The position numbers and the translations under genes are program-made. Below, one piece after another: positions 1 to 9,605 of a stretch of DNA of 37,411 nt; the first letter of the stretch is position 1, and each line of letters starts with the position of its first letter. The notes beneath the pieces are model-generated. The model was not told where the DNA came from. It made no database searches and saw only the letters and a list, made by a program, of their open reading frames with translations. This DNA comes from a virus. Location: the IMG/VR virus record IMGVR_UViG_3300002301_000006, positions 1-37,411 of that record; one strand, written 5' to 3'.

Positions 1-79
1 AATATGTGCCGCCTGGTGAAGATCGAGGAGCAAACGTACTCGAGGGCGCAACAGTGGGAGCCTTAGTTCCCGCCGCCTT
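1..79. repeat. Terminal direct repeat copy 1, identical to 37333-37411. It is a contig-closure overlap of a circular or circularly permuted genome.
   Basis: Bases 1-79 (aatatgtgccgcctggtgaag...cccgccgcctt) recur exactly as the last 79 bases. An ORF reads through the junction. Confidence 0.95.
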
Positions 80-824
80 TACTTTACCTAAGATTGCCAA
101 AACATTAATAAAGAAAGTTGACCCAAAAGGATGGGTTTCTGGCATCCAAAAGACGCATGATGTTGCGCAAGCTCAAGCATCCGACATATTTAATTTTGTT
201 AAAGATGAAGCTAAGCAGCGCGGTGTTAGTAAAGTCGATATCGAACCAGGAGTAATTGATGAGGCGGCATCGACTCTAGCGAAGACACGCTCTAATAAAA
301 AATTAATTGAAGATGCAAAAAGTGGTGATTATGATGCGCTGCATAGCTTGCAAGCTGATTTAGGTAAAACAGCAAGACAAAACATCAGCTCTGATTCTTA
401 TGCCGACAGAAATTTAGGTTTCGAAATGCTTGATACACGAGACAAAATTAATGAATCTATCCGCGACCGCTTTAAAGAATATGGTCATGAAGATTTAGCA
501 AAACTATTGGATGCTGCAAGTGATAAGTGGAAAAAGCTAAAACAAACTTATTATGAGCATCCAACTATAGCGAAAATGGTATCGCCTAAATCTCGAAAGG
601 TTCCTAAAAATATTGAAGCGGCTTTATCTGAGGAGTCGGTTCCTATGCAGAAATTATTGGATGCTCACCCTGAGATTGCAGAGGGTTTAAAGTTAACATC
701 AGAAAAGAAAAAAATCATGAAGGTATTGAAATTGGGGTTATCCGCGACTGGATTGGGTGGTACGGGATATTTATTAGGTAAGTCCAATTCAGGGAATAAT
801 TATCAGGGGAATAGTAATGACTAA
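1..824 (+). CDS. C-terminal part of a wrap-around virion internal (ejection-like) protein, continuing the frame opened at 36678
   Basis: Track ORF 6..824 is in the frame that stays open from ATG 36678 to the window end. Joined across the overlap the ORF is 1479 nt (492 aa). It is the last gene before the tailspike, the position of the P22 ejection proteins. Confidence 0.7.
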   Translation, partial: YVPPGEDRGANVLEGATVGALVPAAFTLPKIAKTLIKKVDPKGWVSGIQKTHDVAQAQASDIFNFVKDEAKQRGVSKVDIEPGVIDEAASTLAKTRSNKKLIEDAKSGDYDALHSLQADLGKTARQNISSDSYADRNLGFEMLDTRDKINESIRDRFKEYGHEDLAKLLDAASDKWKKLKQTYYEHPTIAKMVSPKSRKVPKNIEAALSEESVPMQKLLDAHPEIAEGLKLTSEKKKIMKVLKLGLSATGLGGTGYLLGKSNSGNNYQGNSND

Positions 825-2997
825 CTTTGTACGCGCAGCAAACCCAATTTGGTATATGGTGGATACCGCAGGTGTTCCATTAAATGATACTCATTATATA
901 TTTTTTCTGACAAATGACCTGCCTTATATTCCGTTGGCTGTTTATCACGACCCTGATGGATTAATACCGTGGTCGAATCCGATTCAATTTCAGCCATCTG
1001 GCACGCTGCCAAACAATATATATTTCAATGAAGATAATACTTATCGTATTGAAGTCAGAAAAGGACCGTCTCAAACTGACCCGCTAATTTGGCTAATTGA
1101 AGATTTTAGTATCAGCGGAGCATCAGGGGAAGCTGACGCATTGCTGACGGCTCAGAATATCGTAATCAATCCGCAATTTGCAGACGTGGATTTCACACCT
1201 ACTGGCTACACTTTTACGCAAGGCACGCCAGGCACTTATACTTTGGATGTTGCTCCTGGCTGGCAATTGGTATTGACGGGTGCTGGTACCACGATTTTGA
1301 CGCAAACTGCGTTGCCTGGTAATAGTGATTTGCCTGGCAATCCTAATTATTATTTGACCATTAACAATAGCGGCTGGACAACGGCCACATTGATTCAGAC
1401 GTTTGTAAATAATGGTGCTATATTTGGTGATGGTGCGATTGCAATTACGTTCTCTGCATTTGCCACAAGCTCTGGCCAGCCGTTAACAGTTTCTTATGTG
1501 CCATCAACAGGTACATCAACGGTGATATTCAGTGGCTCAATCGGTACTGGTACTTTAGAACCTTATTATGGCGCAACCAATTTACCAGCATCCACTAATA
1601 GTGACGAAGGTTTAGCGGCTAGCGTTAGTTTTGATTTTACTTTGCCGCCTACTGGCATATTATCTTTTGCCAATATTCAGATTGTTGGTCAAGATACGCC
1701 ATTATCTGATACTTTTGTTATCCCCAACGGAACAGTACAAGGCAGCGTACCTTCTTATGTTGAGCAGACATACGCGCAGCAAGTTAATGAAGAATTTAAT
1801 ATTTACAAAACCTCAATGTTACAACAAGCAAAATCAAATATTTTAGTCGGCTGGACGTTCGCTTTAAATCCTTGGCAATTTATTACGGCCGCGCCAACAT
1901 TGGTCACGAATAAATGTCAATACATTGCCGACCAAACGATTCTATATCAAGAAACAGCTAGCGCATTGTCATCTGGTCAAGGTGGAGGCGGCGTTAACTT
2001 TGGATTGCAGCTACAAGCTCAAACGGGTACCGCTGCAAATCGATTTGCGATTATTCAGTATATTGATACTGCAACCATTGCGCCGTATTGGGGGCAAAAC
2101 TTATCATGTTTAGTGCGTGCAGCTATTTTTTCAAGTTTTTCGACAGTAACTAATATAAAAATGAGATTAATCTATCGTTCTAATTTGCCGCCAGCCTTGG
2201 GTAATAGTGAACCTATCACGGGGTGGGATTCAAATGGCGATGTAATATTTGCCGCTGGTTGGACAGCAGTAAAGCCGTTAAATGATATTAGTTATCAACT
2301 AGGGGCGACTAGCAATAATAATTTACCCGAATACGCATTTAATCAATTTAAGTTACCGACTTCGCCCACTACAAATGCGTATGTTGGCGTAGTTATTTAC
2401 ATCACCACACCTATTAACACGACATCTGGCTTTACTGATATTGTTGCGTTTGATCGTGTTTCATTGACACCTAATGATTATGCTATTGATGCTTCGCCTG
2501 AAACCTATGATGAAACACTAAGAAAATGTCAGTTTTATTATGAGAAATCTTATCCTGCTGGCTCAATTCCTGGAACTGCGGTGACAACAACAGGAGTTGT
2601 GTCAATATCGGGCGGTTCTTCAAGTGCCAATTTAGGTGGTTTTTTTAGATTTTCATTCGGTCAAAATTTTACAGAAACGAAACGTGTTGCACCTAATCTT
2701 TCTTATGCTTCCACTTCTAGTATTACTATTTATTCTTATGATAGCGCAACAGCAGGATTATATAATGCGCAAATTATTAGGAATAATACTAATCCTGCTC
2801 CTGTCACAGGTACAAATCCTGCTGACTTTGCAATTAGTCAATTTAATTTGATTAATGTGTCATCTGATAGATTTACTATGCAGCCTTCGAATACTAGTAC
2901 ATCAATTATTACTTTATCAGCAGGTCAAAATGGTGATGAAGCATTACTATCTTATCATTATACCGTAGACGTTAGACTAGGAGTATCAGCATCATGA
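817..2997 (+). CDS. Tailspike or tail fibre protein (726 aa)
   Basis: The ATG overlaps the upstream stop. The protein is Ser/Thr/Asn/Gly-rich and follows the ejection-like genes as gene 9 does in P22. The N-terminal ~100 aa resembles podovirus spike heads, from memory only. Confidence 0.6.
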   Translation: MTNFVRAANPIWYMVDTAGVPLNDTHYIFFLTNDLPYIPLAVYHDPDGLIPWSNPIQFQPSGTLPNNIYFNEDNTYRIEVRKGPSQTDPLIWLIEDFSISGASGEADALLTAQNIVINPQFADVDFTPTGYTFTQGTPGTYTLDVAPGWQLVLTGAGTTILTQTALPGNSDLPGNPNYYLTINNSGWTTATLIQTFVNNGAIFGDGAIAITFSAFATSSGQPLTVSYVPSTGTSTVIFSGSIGTGTLEPYYGATNLPASTNSDEGLAASVSFDFTLPPTGILSFANIQIVGQDTPLSDTFVIPNGTVQGSVPSYVEQTYAQQVNEEFNIYKTSMLQQAKSNILVGWTFALNPWQFITAAPTLVTNKCQYIADQTILYQETASALSSGQGGGGVNFGLQLQAQTGTAANRFAIIQYIDTATIAPYWGQNLSCLVRAAIFSSFSTVTNIKMRLIYRSNLPPALGNSEPITGWDSNGDVIFAAGWTAVKPLNDISYQLGATSNNNLPEYAFNQFKLPTSPTTNAYVGVVIYITTPINTTSGFTDIVAFDRVSLTPNDYAIDASPETYDETLRKCQFYYEKSYPAGSIPGTAVTTTGVVSISGGSSSANLGGFFRFSFGQNFTETKRVAPNLSYASTSSITIYSYDSATAGLYNAQIIRNNTNPAPVTGTNPADFAISQFNLINVSSDRFTMQPSNTSTSIITLSAGQNGDEALLSYHYTVDVRLGVSAS

Positions 2998-3356
2998 CAA
3001 CCGCAGCCCCAGTGACACCTTACAACAGTAATTACAGTGGCACGATGCCATTTAGTAATCAAGGCGTTAAGATGACCTTAGCAGCATCGACTGCTTTGTC
3101 GTGGACAGTGCCAGGAGCAGCCACTCAGCAATATCGCGCGACTTTCCGCTGCTCATCGACAGCAGAAGTTTGGGTGCGATTAAATGGCACCGCTGCACTG
3201 CCAACTAGCAATACGGCAACGGATGTTGTTGGCCAAGAGTTCATACCATTGCATGAACCAAAATATGTTAATGGTGGTGATGTTCTAAGCTTTATTAGCG
3301 CAACAACGCCCCAAGTTGGCGTAGCGCTTTTATTAGTGCAAAACAATCCTAACTAG
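2994..3356 (+). CDS. Hypothetical small virion-module protein (120 aa)
   Basis: ATGA overlap with the upstream gene. It lies between the spike and fibre genes. Confidence 0.6.
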   Translation: MTTAAPVTPYNSNYSGTMPFSNQGVKMTLAASTALSWTVPGAATQQYRATFRCSSTAEVWVRLNGTAALPTSNTATDVVGQEFIPLHEPKYVNGGDVLSFISATTPQVGVALLLVQNNPN

Positions 3357-3367
3357 GAGTTATTGAG

Positions 3368-4930
3368 ATGGTGAACACGGTAAAATTTTCACAATTTGCA
3401 TCTGCGAATCTAAATACAGCAACCAATCGCGTTGCTGGTATCAGTTCACTATCTGGCGGTATCAATACAACTTCACCTGCTACAGTTACATGGACAACAG
3501 CAACTAGACCAGCATCGCCTTATAATGGATTGCTTGGGTACAATTCAACGACTGATTTTTATGAATACTGGAATTCAGCAATGAATCAGTGGATACAACT
3601 CACGACAGGTGGTGGCACTGTCACGCCAGCGCAGGTGCAGGATAATGTATTTGTTTCTGGTACGGACACGGGTACTGCTAATGCGCATGTCGTTGCATTG
3701 AGTCCGCCTATTATTTTAGGTGCTAGTGTTTTTTATGTTATTTTCACGCCAGCGCATACCAATACATCATTAACGCCAACATTGAATGTCAATGGTACTG
3801 GCCCTCTATTGATAGTTTTGTATGGCACCAATAATCTTGCAGTAGGAGATTTAGATACATCCGAGGTTGCCATTTGTTATTATGATCCAGCGCAAAACCA
3901 GTATGTTTTAACGAATCCAGTTGTTTCCAGTATTACTCTTTTTGGTATTCAAACAAGTATTTATACCTCATCAGATGATAGTGGTGTTGTTAATGCTTAT
4001 GTGGGTAATTATTCAAGTTTAAATACTTCGCCAGTAAATGATCAAATTTTATTTATCAATAATTTATCGGCTACCAATACGGGCGCTTCAACTTTTACTG
4101 CTGGGTCATTTCCGATAATACCAATTGTTTCTAATGCCACGTTAAGCGCTTTGATTGGCGGTGAGATGATTTTAGGTGGTAGCTATATATTAGCTTATAA
4201 CAGCACATTGTCAGCATGGGTTTTATTGAATCCAGATGTAGGCGGCGGCAGCGTGACTGGCGCTCAAGTCCAGAAACAAACTTTTGTTTATTATACTGAT
4301 AGTGGTGTGGCGAACGCTTATGCGTTTACGCCGTCGCCCGCCCCTGCAACTTTGACTGACGGTTTGGAGTTTGAATTTACAGCAGCGCACACTAACACAG
4401 GCGCATCGACAGTCAATATCGGATTAGGCGCTAATAATATTTACTATAACGGCAACACAGCCATTGCTTTGGCGGCAAATGCAATTGTGGCGAATGGCAG
4501 ATACAAAATATCATATAGCACTACATTGACGGGCTGGATTTTATTAAATCCCTCAGCGTCAATTTTAAGTGCGCATGTAGCAGTCGGCGGGGGTGGTGTG
4601 GCGCTGACAAGTGTAACAGCGGTGGATATTGTTTCTATACCGTTACCAGTGGGCTTGTGGGAATGCGAGAGCAATACTTATATTGCGGCTGGTGGTGCCA
4701 CCATTAGTCAATATTTCACCTGGGCAAGCACTACATCGGCAACGGTGCCGAATCTATCTCAAGTTGCTGTGATTTATCCGGCTAATTTAGCAAATATACC
4801 TCAAGCGGGCTTGGTCGCGCCAAAACAATATGTAACGGGGCCTGCTACGATTTATTTATCAGTTTTTGTTGGCTTTACTGGCAGTTGTGCTGGCTATGGC
4901 AATTTGTATGCCAAATTGATTACCTCTTAA
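3368..4930 (+). CDS. Tail fibre protein (520 aa) with three ~100-aa repeat units and a distinct C-terminal tip
   Basis: GGAG lies upstream of the ATG. The N-terminus has KFSQF...WTTATRPASPYNGLLGYNSTT..EYWN. Repeat units at about 3617-4560 each begin xTxAQVQ and end LxNP. Confidence 0.8.
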   Translation: MVNTVKFSQFASANLNTATNRVAGISSLSGGINTTSPATVTWTTATRPASPYNGLLGYNSTTDFYEYWNSAMNQWIQLTTGGGTVTPAQVQDNVFVSGTDTGTANAHVVALSPPIILGASVFYVIFTPAHTNTSLTPTLNVNGTGPLLIVLYGTNNLAVGDLDTSEVAICYYDPAQNQYVLTNPVVSSITLFGIQTSIYTSSDDSGVVNAYVGNYSSLNTSPVNDQILFINNLSATNTGASTFTAGSFPIIPIVSNATLSALIGGEMILGGSYILAYNSTLSAWVLLNPDVGGGSVTGAQVQKQTFVYYTDSGVANAYAFTPSPAPATLTDGLEFEFTAAHTNTGASTVNIGLGANNIYYNGNTAIALAANAIVANGRYKISYSTTLTGWILLNPSASILSAHVAVGGGGVALTSVTAVDIVSIPLPVGLWECESNTYIAAGGATISQYFTWASTTSATVPNLSQVAVIYPANLANIPQAGLVAPKQYVTGPATIYLSVFVGFTGSCAGYGNLYAKLITS

Positions 4931-4942
4931 TAAGGAAAATAT

Positions 4943-6895
4943 ATGTCAGTCACATCGATTTCAAGAGACTCAAGCAATAATGTTTCAATTGCTCGCATGA
5001 CTTCAAACGACACCATAGCGACCATTACCAGTGCTGGCTATATTACTAATCAGCAAAATACGATTAACGGCTTAAATATGGGGCCGTGGCAGTGGTTTAT
5101 CACCGACTTTATTGCTTGCCGCGCATCTGACGGTAATGTGATTCTGACATTTACGGATGCAACATTTTCGACCGTTCAACAATATGGCGGTAGTGGCGGC
5201 ATGTTTTTGCCCTTAGCTGGTGGCACCATGTCGGGCGATATTGACATGGGTAATAATCAAATAACTGACATGGCAGACCCATCACTTGCTCAAGATGCAG
5301 CAACAAAGGCTTATGTAGACGCGCATGGTGGGGCAACGCCAACGCAAGTGCAAAATAATGATTTCAATTCTGGCACTGATACAGGCGTTGCTGATGCTTA
5401 CGTGGTCGCATTAAGTCCAGTCATTACATTGGGTTCGAGTGTTTTTTATGTAATTTTCACGCCCGCAAATGCGAATGCCACATTGGTTCCGACTTTAGAT
5501 GTCAATGGAACCGGAGCTTTATTGATTGTTTTATCGGGCGGTGACAATGTTGCTGTTGACGACTTAGACCCTGCCTTTTCTGCAATACTTGCGTATGATC
5601 CACCATCAAATCAATATGTCTTGATGAATCCGGCCGTTTCAAATGGTAATCTTTTTGATATACAAACGAGCGCCTATGTATCTGCTGATGATCAAGGGTC
5701 AGTAAATGCCTATTCGGGTAGCTACTTAAATCTAAATTCAGTTGTGGCCAATAATCAGATTTTGACTATCAATAATCTATCTGCATCTAATACGGGTGCA
5801 TCTACCTTTGCAACTAATCAATTCAGTGCGTTACCAATCCTTTCTAATTTTACATTAGCCGGATTAACGGGCGGTGAAATGATAGCGGGCGGTAGCTATA
5901 CATTGGTATATAACTCTAGTTTATTATCATGGATATTATTAAATCCTTTTGTAAGTGGTGGCGGGGGAAGTGTTACTGCTACACAAGTACAACAAGGGCA
6001 ATTTAATTTAGGCGTCGATTCTGGGATAGCGGATGCGTATAATGTTGCTTTGACTCCAAGTGCAGTCTCCTTAACCGGAGGAATGCTTCTAGCATTTAAA
6101 CCGCTTCATTCAAATTTAACGACAAATCCAACCGTAACGGTGGATGGCCATAACGCTGCAATATTTTTACCTAACAGTAACAATGTTGCCCCTGGTGACT
6201 TAAACCAATCTTATATGAGTTTTTTGCAATACGATGGTAATAACGGTTATTTTGTTTTAATGAATCCAATCTCATCCTGGGTAAATGCCGGAAATGTACA
6301 ATATAATATATATAGTTCTGCTCAAGATAGCGGTGCTGTTAATGCGCTTATATTTAATAATCCTTATGTTGTTCAATCCACGACGCAACCAGGGCAAGTA
6401 ATATGGATTACATGGGCGGCAAATACTAATACTGGGGCGACCACGATTAGTAATGGTATTTGGACAGAAAATGTTGTGTTACCTGGAAATGTTGCTTTGT
6501 CCGGTGGTGAAATCATCCAATATCAACCTTACTTCTTTGTGTTTAACAATGTGTATGGCGCGTTTGTTTTAATGAATTCATCTGTCTCTCCTGGCATTGT
6601 ATACTCTCCACAACTTCAAAAACAAATATATACTTATGCAGTAGATTCAGGCGCAGCAGATGCTTATATTGCGGCTTTTACACCGCCTTATGCAGCTTTA
6701 ACTGACGGCATGAGAGTAAGCGTTAGAATATCCAACACTAACTTAACCACCACTCCAACTTTAACGGTTGATGGATTAGCGACCACGGTCATTGTTGGTA
6801 AAAGTGGGGTAGCAGTAGCGCCTGGTGACTTGCTCATCAATGTAGCTTATGATTTTCAATACAACAGTGCATTAAGCGCTTATCAGCTCATATAA
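4943..6895 (+). CDS. Tail fibre protein (650 aa) with five ~100-aa repeat units
   Basis: The motif LPLAGGTMSGDIDMGNNQITDMADPSLAQDAATKAYVD is typical of phage fibres. Repeat units run from about 5333 to 6892, and the first two are collinear with those of the 520-aa fibre. Confidence 0.8.
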   Translation: MSVTSISRDSSNNVSIARMTSNDTIATITSAGYITNQQNTINGLNMGPWQWFITDFIACRASDGNVILTFTDATFSTVQQYGGSGGMFLPLAGGTMSGDIDMGNNQITDMADPSLAQDAATKAYVDAHGGATPTQVQNNDFNSGTDTGVADAYVVALSPVITLGSSVFYVIFTPANANATLVPTLDVNGTGALLIVLSGGDNVAVDDLDPAFSAILAYDPPSNQYVLMNPAVSNGNLFDIQTSAYVSADDQGSVNAYSGSYLNLNSVVANNQILTINNLSASNTGASTFATNQFSALPILSNFTLAGLTGGEMIAGGSYTLVYNSSLLSWILLNPFVSGGGGSVTATQVQQGQFNLGVDSGIADAYNVALTPSAVSLTGGMLLAFKPLHSNLTTNPTVTVDGHNAAIFLPNSNNVAPGDLNQSYMSFLQYDGNNGYFVLMNPISSWVNAGNVQYNIYSSAQDSGAVNALIFNNPYVVQSTTQPGQVIWITWAANTNTGATTISNGIWTENVVLPGNVALSGGEIIQYQPYFFVFNNVYGAFVLMNSSVSPGIVYSPQLQKQIYTYAVDSGAADAYIAAFTPPYAALTDGMRVSVRISNTNLTTTPTLTVDGLATTVIVGKSGVAVAPGDLLINVAYDFQYNSALSAYQLI

Positions 6896-6900
6896 AAAAC

Positions 6901-6928
6901 AAGCCAGGATAAAACCTGGCTTTATTTT
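6901..6928 (+). terminator. Rho-independent terminator ending the late operon
   Basis: AAGCCAGG (6901-6908), loop ATAAAA, CCTGGCTT (6915-6922), then TATTTT. An A-run upstream means it may act in both directions. Confidence 0.75.
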
Positions 6929-7098
6929 CAATCATCTTTTCGATAACGCATCACTTCTGTTAAAACGGCACTCGTTGAATAACCTTGATTTTCTTCAATT
7001 TCAGTTAAGCGACATACAATGCCATTGTAAGCTAGCATTTGAAGTATAGATGTCGTCAGAAATAAAAATATTATCAGCATGTAATCAATCGTTTTCAT
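6928..7098 (-). CDS. Small membrane protein (56 aa), not in the ORF track
   Basis: ATG at 7098, MKTIDYMLIIFLFLTTSILQMLAY... with a hydrophobic N-terminus. It is the last ORF of the minus-strand unit. Confidence 0.4.
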   Translation of the reverse strand: MKTIDYMLIIFLFLTTSILQMLAYNGIVCRLTEIEENQGYSTSAVLTEVMRYRKDD

Positions 7099-7108
7099 AT
7101 AGTCCTAA

Positions 7109-7561
7109 TTAAAATGGTATGTCGCTATCAACAAAGTCACTCTTTTCTTCGGTTTTTGGCTTGGCTTTCATCGCATCTAGCGTTGGTGCGCCTTTGATGA
7201 AATCTTTTACCACGCTTTTTGGCGGATAAGGGCTGCCAACGGGTGCGTCTTCTGTGATTATTTTGCATTTACCGGACATATTCATACACATCCCAGCATC
7301 AAGATTTCCTTTTTGATAAGCCTCTTGCAATCCGACTGCATCGCAAAAGTGCTTTAACAAAAATAAGTAATTTGGTGATAGATAGCAGAACACACTACGC
7401 TCAGCGCCATTTTGATCAATTACTTTTAGCGTTAACTTAATCGATTCTTTGCCTGTTTTTCCAATCCAATTTTCAGCATCATAGACATAAAACGGATATT
7501 CGCCATCTGGCAATAGGTTCAGCACTTGCTCCTCGGTTTGCGGATTAAAATTCAAGCTCAT
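7109..7561 (-). CDS. Single-stranded DNA-binding protein, DUF669-like
   Basis: The C-terminal acidic tip DSDIPF matches the canonical bacterial SSB tail DDDIPF. The gene sits immediately downstream of, and overlaps, the Sak4-like gene. Confidence 0.65.
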   Translation of the reverse strand: MSLNFNPQTEEQVLNLLPDGEYPFYVYDAENWIGKTGKESIKLTLKVIDQNGAERSVFCYLSPNYLFLLKHFCDAVGLQEAYQKGNLDAGMCMNMSGKCKIITEDAPVGSPYPPKSVVKDFIKGAPTLDAMKAKPKTEEKSDFVDSDIPF

Positions 7562-8430
7562 TTACTTTCTCCTGATACTTTTGATTTAAGATGATTAATG
7601 GTTTTCTGCATGATTTCAGCATTCATTTGCTCAATAGTCGTTCCGCGAGCGTTGATGATATATTTTTGCTGTACTTCATCAGGCACGTTTAAAAGCGTCA
7701 CCAAGCGTTTGAATTCTTCGATTTGTTCAGGCGTTGCTAATTCTTCGAGTTTAACCTCACGTTCAAACAGATTGCGTCCTAGACGGTCACAGAGGGTTTC
7801 GTATCCATTATCAAAATCGATCAATTCGAAGGTCTTTAATTCTGGATAGCGTGACTTTTCAATGAATGCTTTAACTTTTTCACCAAGTCGCCTCAAGTGA
7901 ATAACAGTGCCTAAAGAATATTCCATCTTTTCGTTAACATCTGATGATTTTCCGACTTCAACATTCTTTTCATATTTTGTTTTTTCATGAGCTGTGATAA
8001 TGACATTTAAGTCTGCACGCGTCAGTAACATTCCAAGCTCAAAGGTCAATCGCTTAACTTTAGCTAAATTAGCGCCAAATTCTGTGCCTTCTTTGCCACC
8101 TTTAGCCAAACGCTCGGCTTCCATGTTGGCCATCAAGTGAATGGGAAAAGTAATTGAATCAATAATGATGGTTTTATAGCTATGCTTGGTTGACATTAAA
8201 TCTTTTACTTCTTTGATTATTTCGCTGATATCATTCAATCGAATAATATCACTTTTATTCTTTTTTAACATATTGGTAAAATGATCAAAGCTTTCCAATC
8301 CTTCGGTGTCAATGTAATAAGCATTGGGGAAAGAGCAGCAAAAATGCGTTTTACCAACACCACGATTCGAATAGACTAACGCTTGAAATCGTGATGCTTT
8401 GGTGATGGGCGGTTTAGCGCGTAACGGCAT
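7558..8430 (-). CDS. Sak4-like RecA-fold ATPase (AAA_24 family), a recombination/annealing protein
   Basis: Walker A in VYSNRGVGKTHF near the N-terminus, hydrophobic strand then D (IIIDSIT). Size and pairing with an SSB gene are typical of Sak4. Confidence 0.7.
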   Translation of the reverse strand: MPLRAKPPITKASRFQALVYSNRGVGKTHFCCSFPNAYYIDTEGLESFDHFTNMLKKNKSDIIRLNDISEIIKEVKDLMSTKHSYKTIIIDSITFPIHLMANMEAERLAKGGKEGTEFGANLAKVKRLTFELGMLLTRADLNVIITAHEKTKYEKNVEVGKSSDVNEKMEYSLGTVIHLRRLGEKVKAFIEKSRYPELKTFELIDFDNGYETLCDRLGRNLFEREVKLEELATPEQIEEFKRLVTLLNVPDEVQQKYIINARGTTIEQMNAEIMQKTINHLKSKVSGESK

Positions 8431-8443
8431 AATTTTTCCTTGT

Positions 8444-8764
8444 TTAAGATTGTGAATTTAAGAGTGATTCTATCGTTTCCTGATAGAAATCAGTAACAAT
8501 ATTTTTGATATTTTGAATTAAAATACCAATTGTTTCTGGTGATTCGTTTATTAAGACTTCTGCGATTAGATCAGCAAGCATGACATTATGATTCATCAAA
8601 ATACTGGAAAAAATATCCATGCAATTTTCTTTTTCCGCCATGTCATGCCGTAATAGATAGCCTGTAAATTCTTGCCGTTCAACGTCTGACATTTTGAACG
8701 TAGAATTTTTTAATTCGTTAAGGTATTTACGCCAGTCCATATCTTTTGTTTTCATAACCGTCAT
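8444..8764 (-). CDS. Hypothetical protein (106 aa)
   Basis: TAGGAG RBS and a strong promoter lie directly upstream. Confidence 0.65.
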   Translation of the reverse strand: MTVMKTKDMDWRKYLNELKNSTFKMSDVERQEFTGYLLRHDMAEKENCMDIFSSILMNHNVMLADLIAEVLINESPETIGILIQNIKNIVTDFYQETIESLLNSQS

Positions 8765-8787
8765 GATGATCTCCTAATGTGAGCGCT

Positions 8788-8838
8788 ATTGTATACTCCT
8801 GGTTATCATTTGTCAACTACAGGATAACATGCTATATT
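8788..8838. promoter_or_regulatory. Back-to-back sigma70-like promoters with overlapping -35 hexamers
   Basis: Minus strand: TTGACA (8816-8811), 17 nt, TACAAT (8793-8788). Plus strand: TTGTCA (8810-8815), 17 nt, TATATT (8833-8838). The box ACTACAGGATAAC (8816-8828) lies in the plus-strand spacer. Confidence 0.55.
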
Positions 8839-8859
8839 GCTGAAAAATGAGGAACAATT

Positions 8860-9084
8860 ATGGCAGCATCGGACATCATTCAACAAATACTAGACAAATC
8901 TAAGATGAGTCGTCATGACTTAGGACGCGCGCTCGGATTGCAAGGGCGCTGCATTATTACCATGTATCTCAAGGGTAAACGGTTTCCTGGCTGGCACACC
9001 TGGCAGAAAATAATTGAAGTCTGCAAGCAGAATGATATCGACATTACATTTGATATGATGCGCGAGAATGACAAAGCTAGTTGA
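8860..9084 (+). CDS. Small HTH DNA-binding regulator (74 aa, Cro/CI-like placement)
   Basis: The SRHDLGRALGLQGRCIITMYLKG segment fits a helix-turn-helix. It is a lone plus-strand gene divergent from the minus-strand unit. Confidence 0.55.
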   Translation: MAASDIIQQILDKSKMSRHDLGRALGLQGRCIITMYLKGKRFPGWHTWQKIIEVCKQNDIDITFDMMRENDKAS

Positions 9085-9093
9085 TCACTTATT

Positions 9094-9119
9094 GGCGGCC
9101 CCAAGGAATTAAGGCCGCC
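9094..9119. terminator. Hairpin between convergent genes, a possible bidirectional terminator
   Basis: GGCGGCC (9094-9100) pairs with GGCCGCC (9113-9119). There is no clear U-tract on either strand. Confidence 0.4.
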
Positions 9120-9147
9120 TTACGTGTGACAGAAATCTCTGCCCGGA

Positions 9148-9354
9148 TTACTTCTTTTTCTTTTTGCCTTTCATTTTTTCTTTTTCTTCGTGGTCTTTTT
9201 TCATTTGTTTAACTCCCTTTTTCAATGTTTGAATTTCTTTTTGCAAAACGATTAAAACTTGTTTCAGCTCTTTTTTTGTAACATAACTAACATTTTTTGG
9301 CATTACTTTTCTCTCTTTTTCGTTGAAATTGTTACCACCTCTGGTGGCCGTCAC
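9148..9354 (-). CDS. Lysine-rich small protein; the likely start is ATG 9303 (51 aa)
   Basis: MPKNVSYVTKKELKQ...KGKKKKK. The track start at 9354 would run into the G+C-rich hairpin region. Confidence 0.5.
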   Translation of the reverse strand: MTATRGGNNFNEKERKVMPKNVSYVTKKELKQVLIVLQKEIQTLKKGVKQMKKDHEEKEKMKGKKKKK

Positions 9355-9605
9355 GCCTAGTTTCCGGTCGCAAGTTTTCCGGCGTTCTACTAACCCTATT
9401 TAGGTACCGTTTCCACCCCCGCAACACTGGATTAACGGGAGCAGCGTCTGCATCTTTTTCAAGATGCAGTCCAGTGCTAGAACTGGCGGGTGAACAATGC
9501 GCGTACTTTTTATTGCCGAGTGGCCTGGGCTAATCCCATTCGCGCGTACTACTTTCATCACCCGTAAATCGGTGGCAATCGGCCGGAATTGCACCGGCTG
9601 CAACT
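9341..9605 (-). ncRNA. Candidate structured non-coding RNA of unassigned family (strand inferred from local transcription)
   Basis: No convincing CDS. Hand count gives 127/240 G+C in 9361-9600 against 16/60 in 9181-9240. There are many helices, including a perfect 9-bp stem with a GAAA tetraloop (9469-9461 with 9456-9448). Confidence 0.3.

Noticed and set aside
1-79. The 79-bp terminal repeat as a biological direct terminal repeat
   Set aside because: It falls in the middle of an ORF and is short enough to be an assembler overlap from circular closure. The P22-like terS/terL/portal set argues for headful packaging. Read-end analysis is needed to be certain.
3368-6895. Diversity-generating retroelement (template/variable repeat) in the fibre genes
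   Set aside because: There is no reverse transcriptase anywhere in the genome. The repeated units differ at all base types rather than at adenines, and identity is only moderate.
9400-9603. Track ORF (67 aa, minus strand) lying inside the G+C-rich block
   Set aside because: It begins with TTG. The internal ATG has only a weak GGGTG upstream. The product has no recognisable motif, and the segment is saturated with stems. I treat it as probably non-coding, but blastx or ribosome profiling could overturn this.
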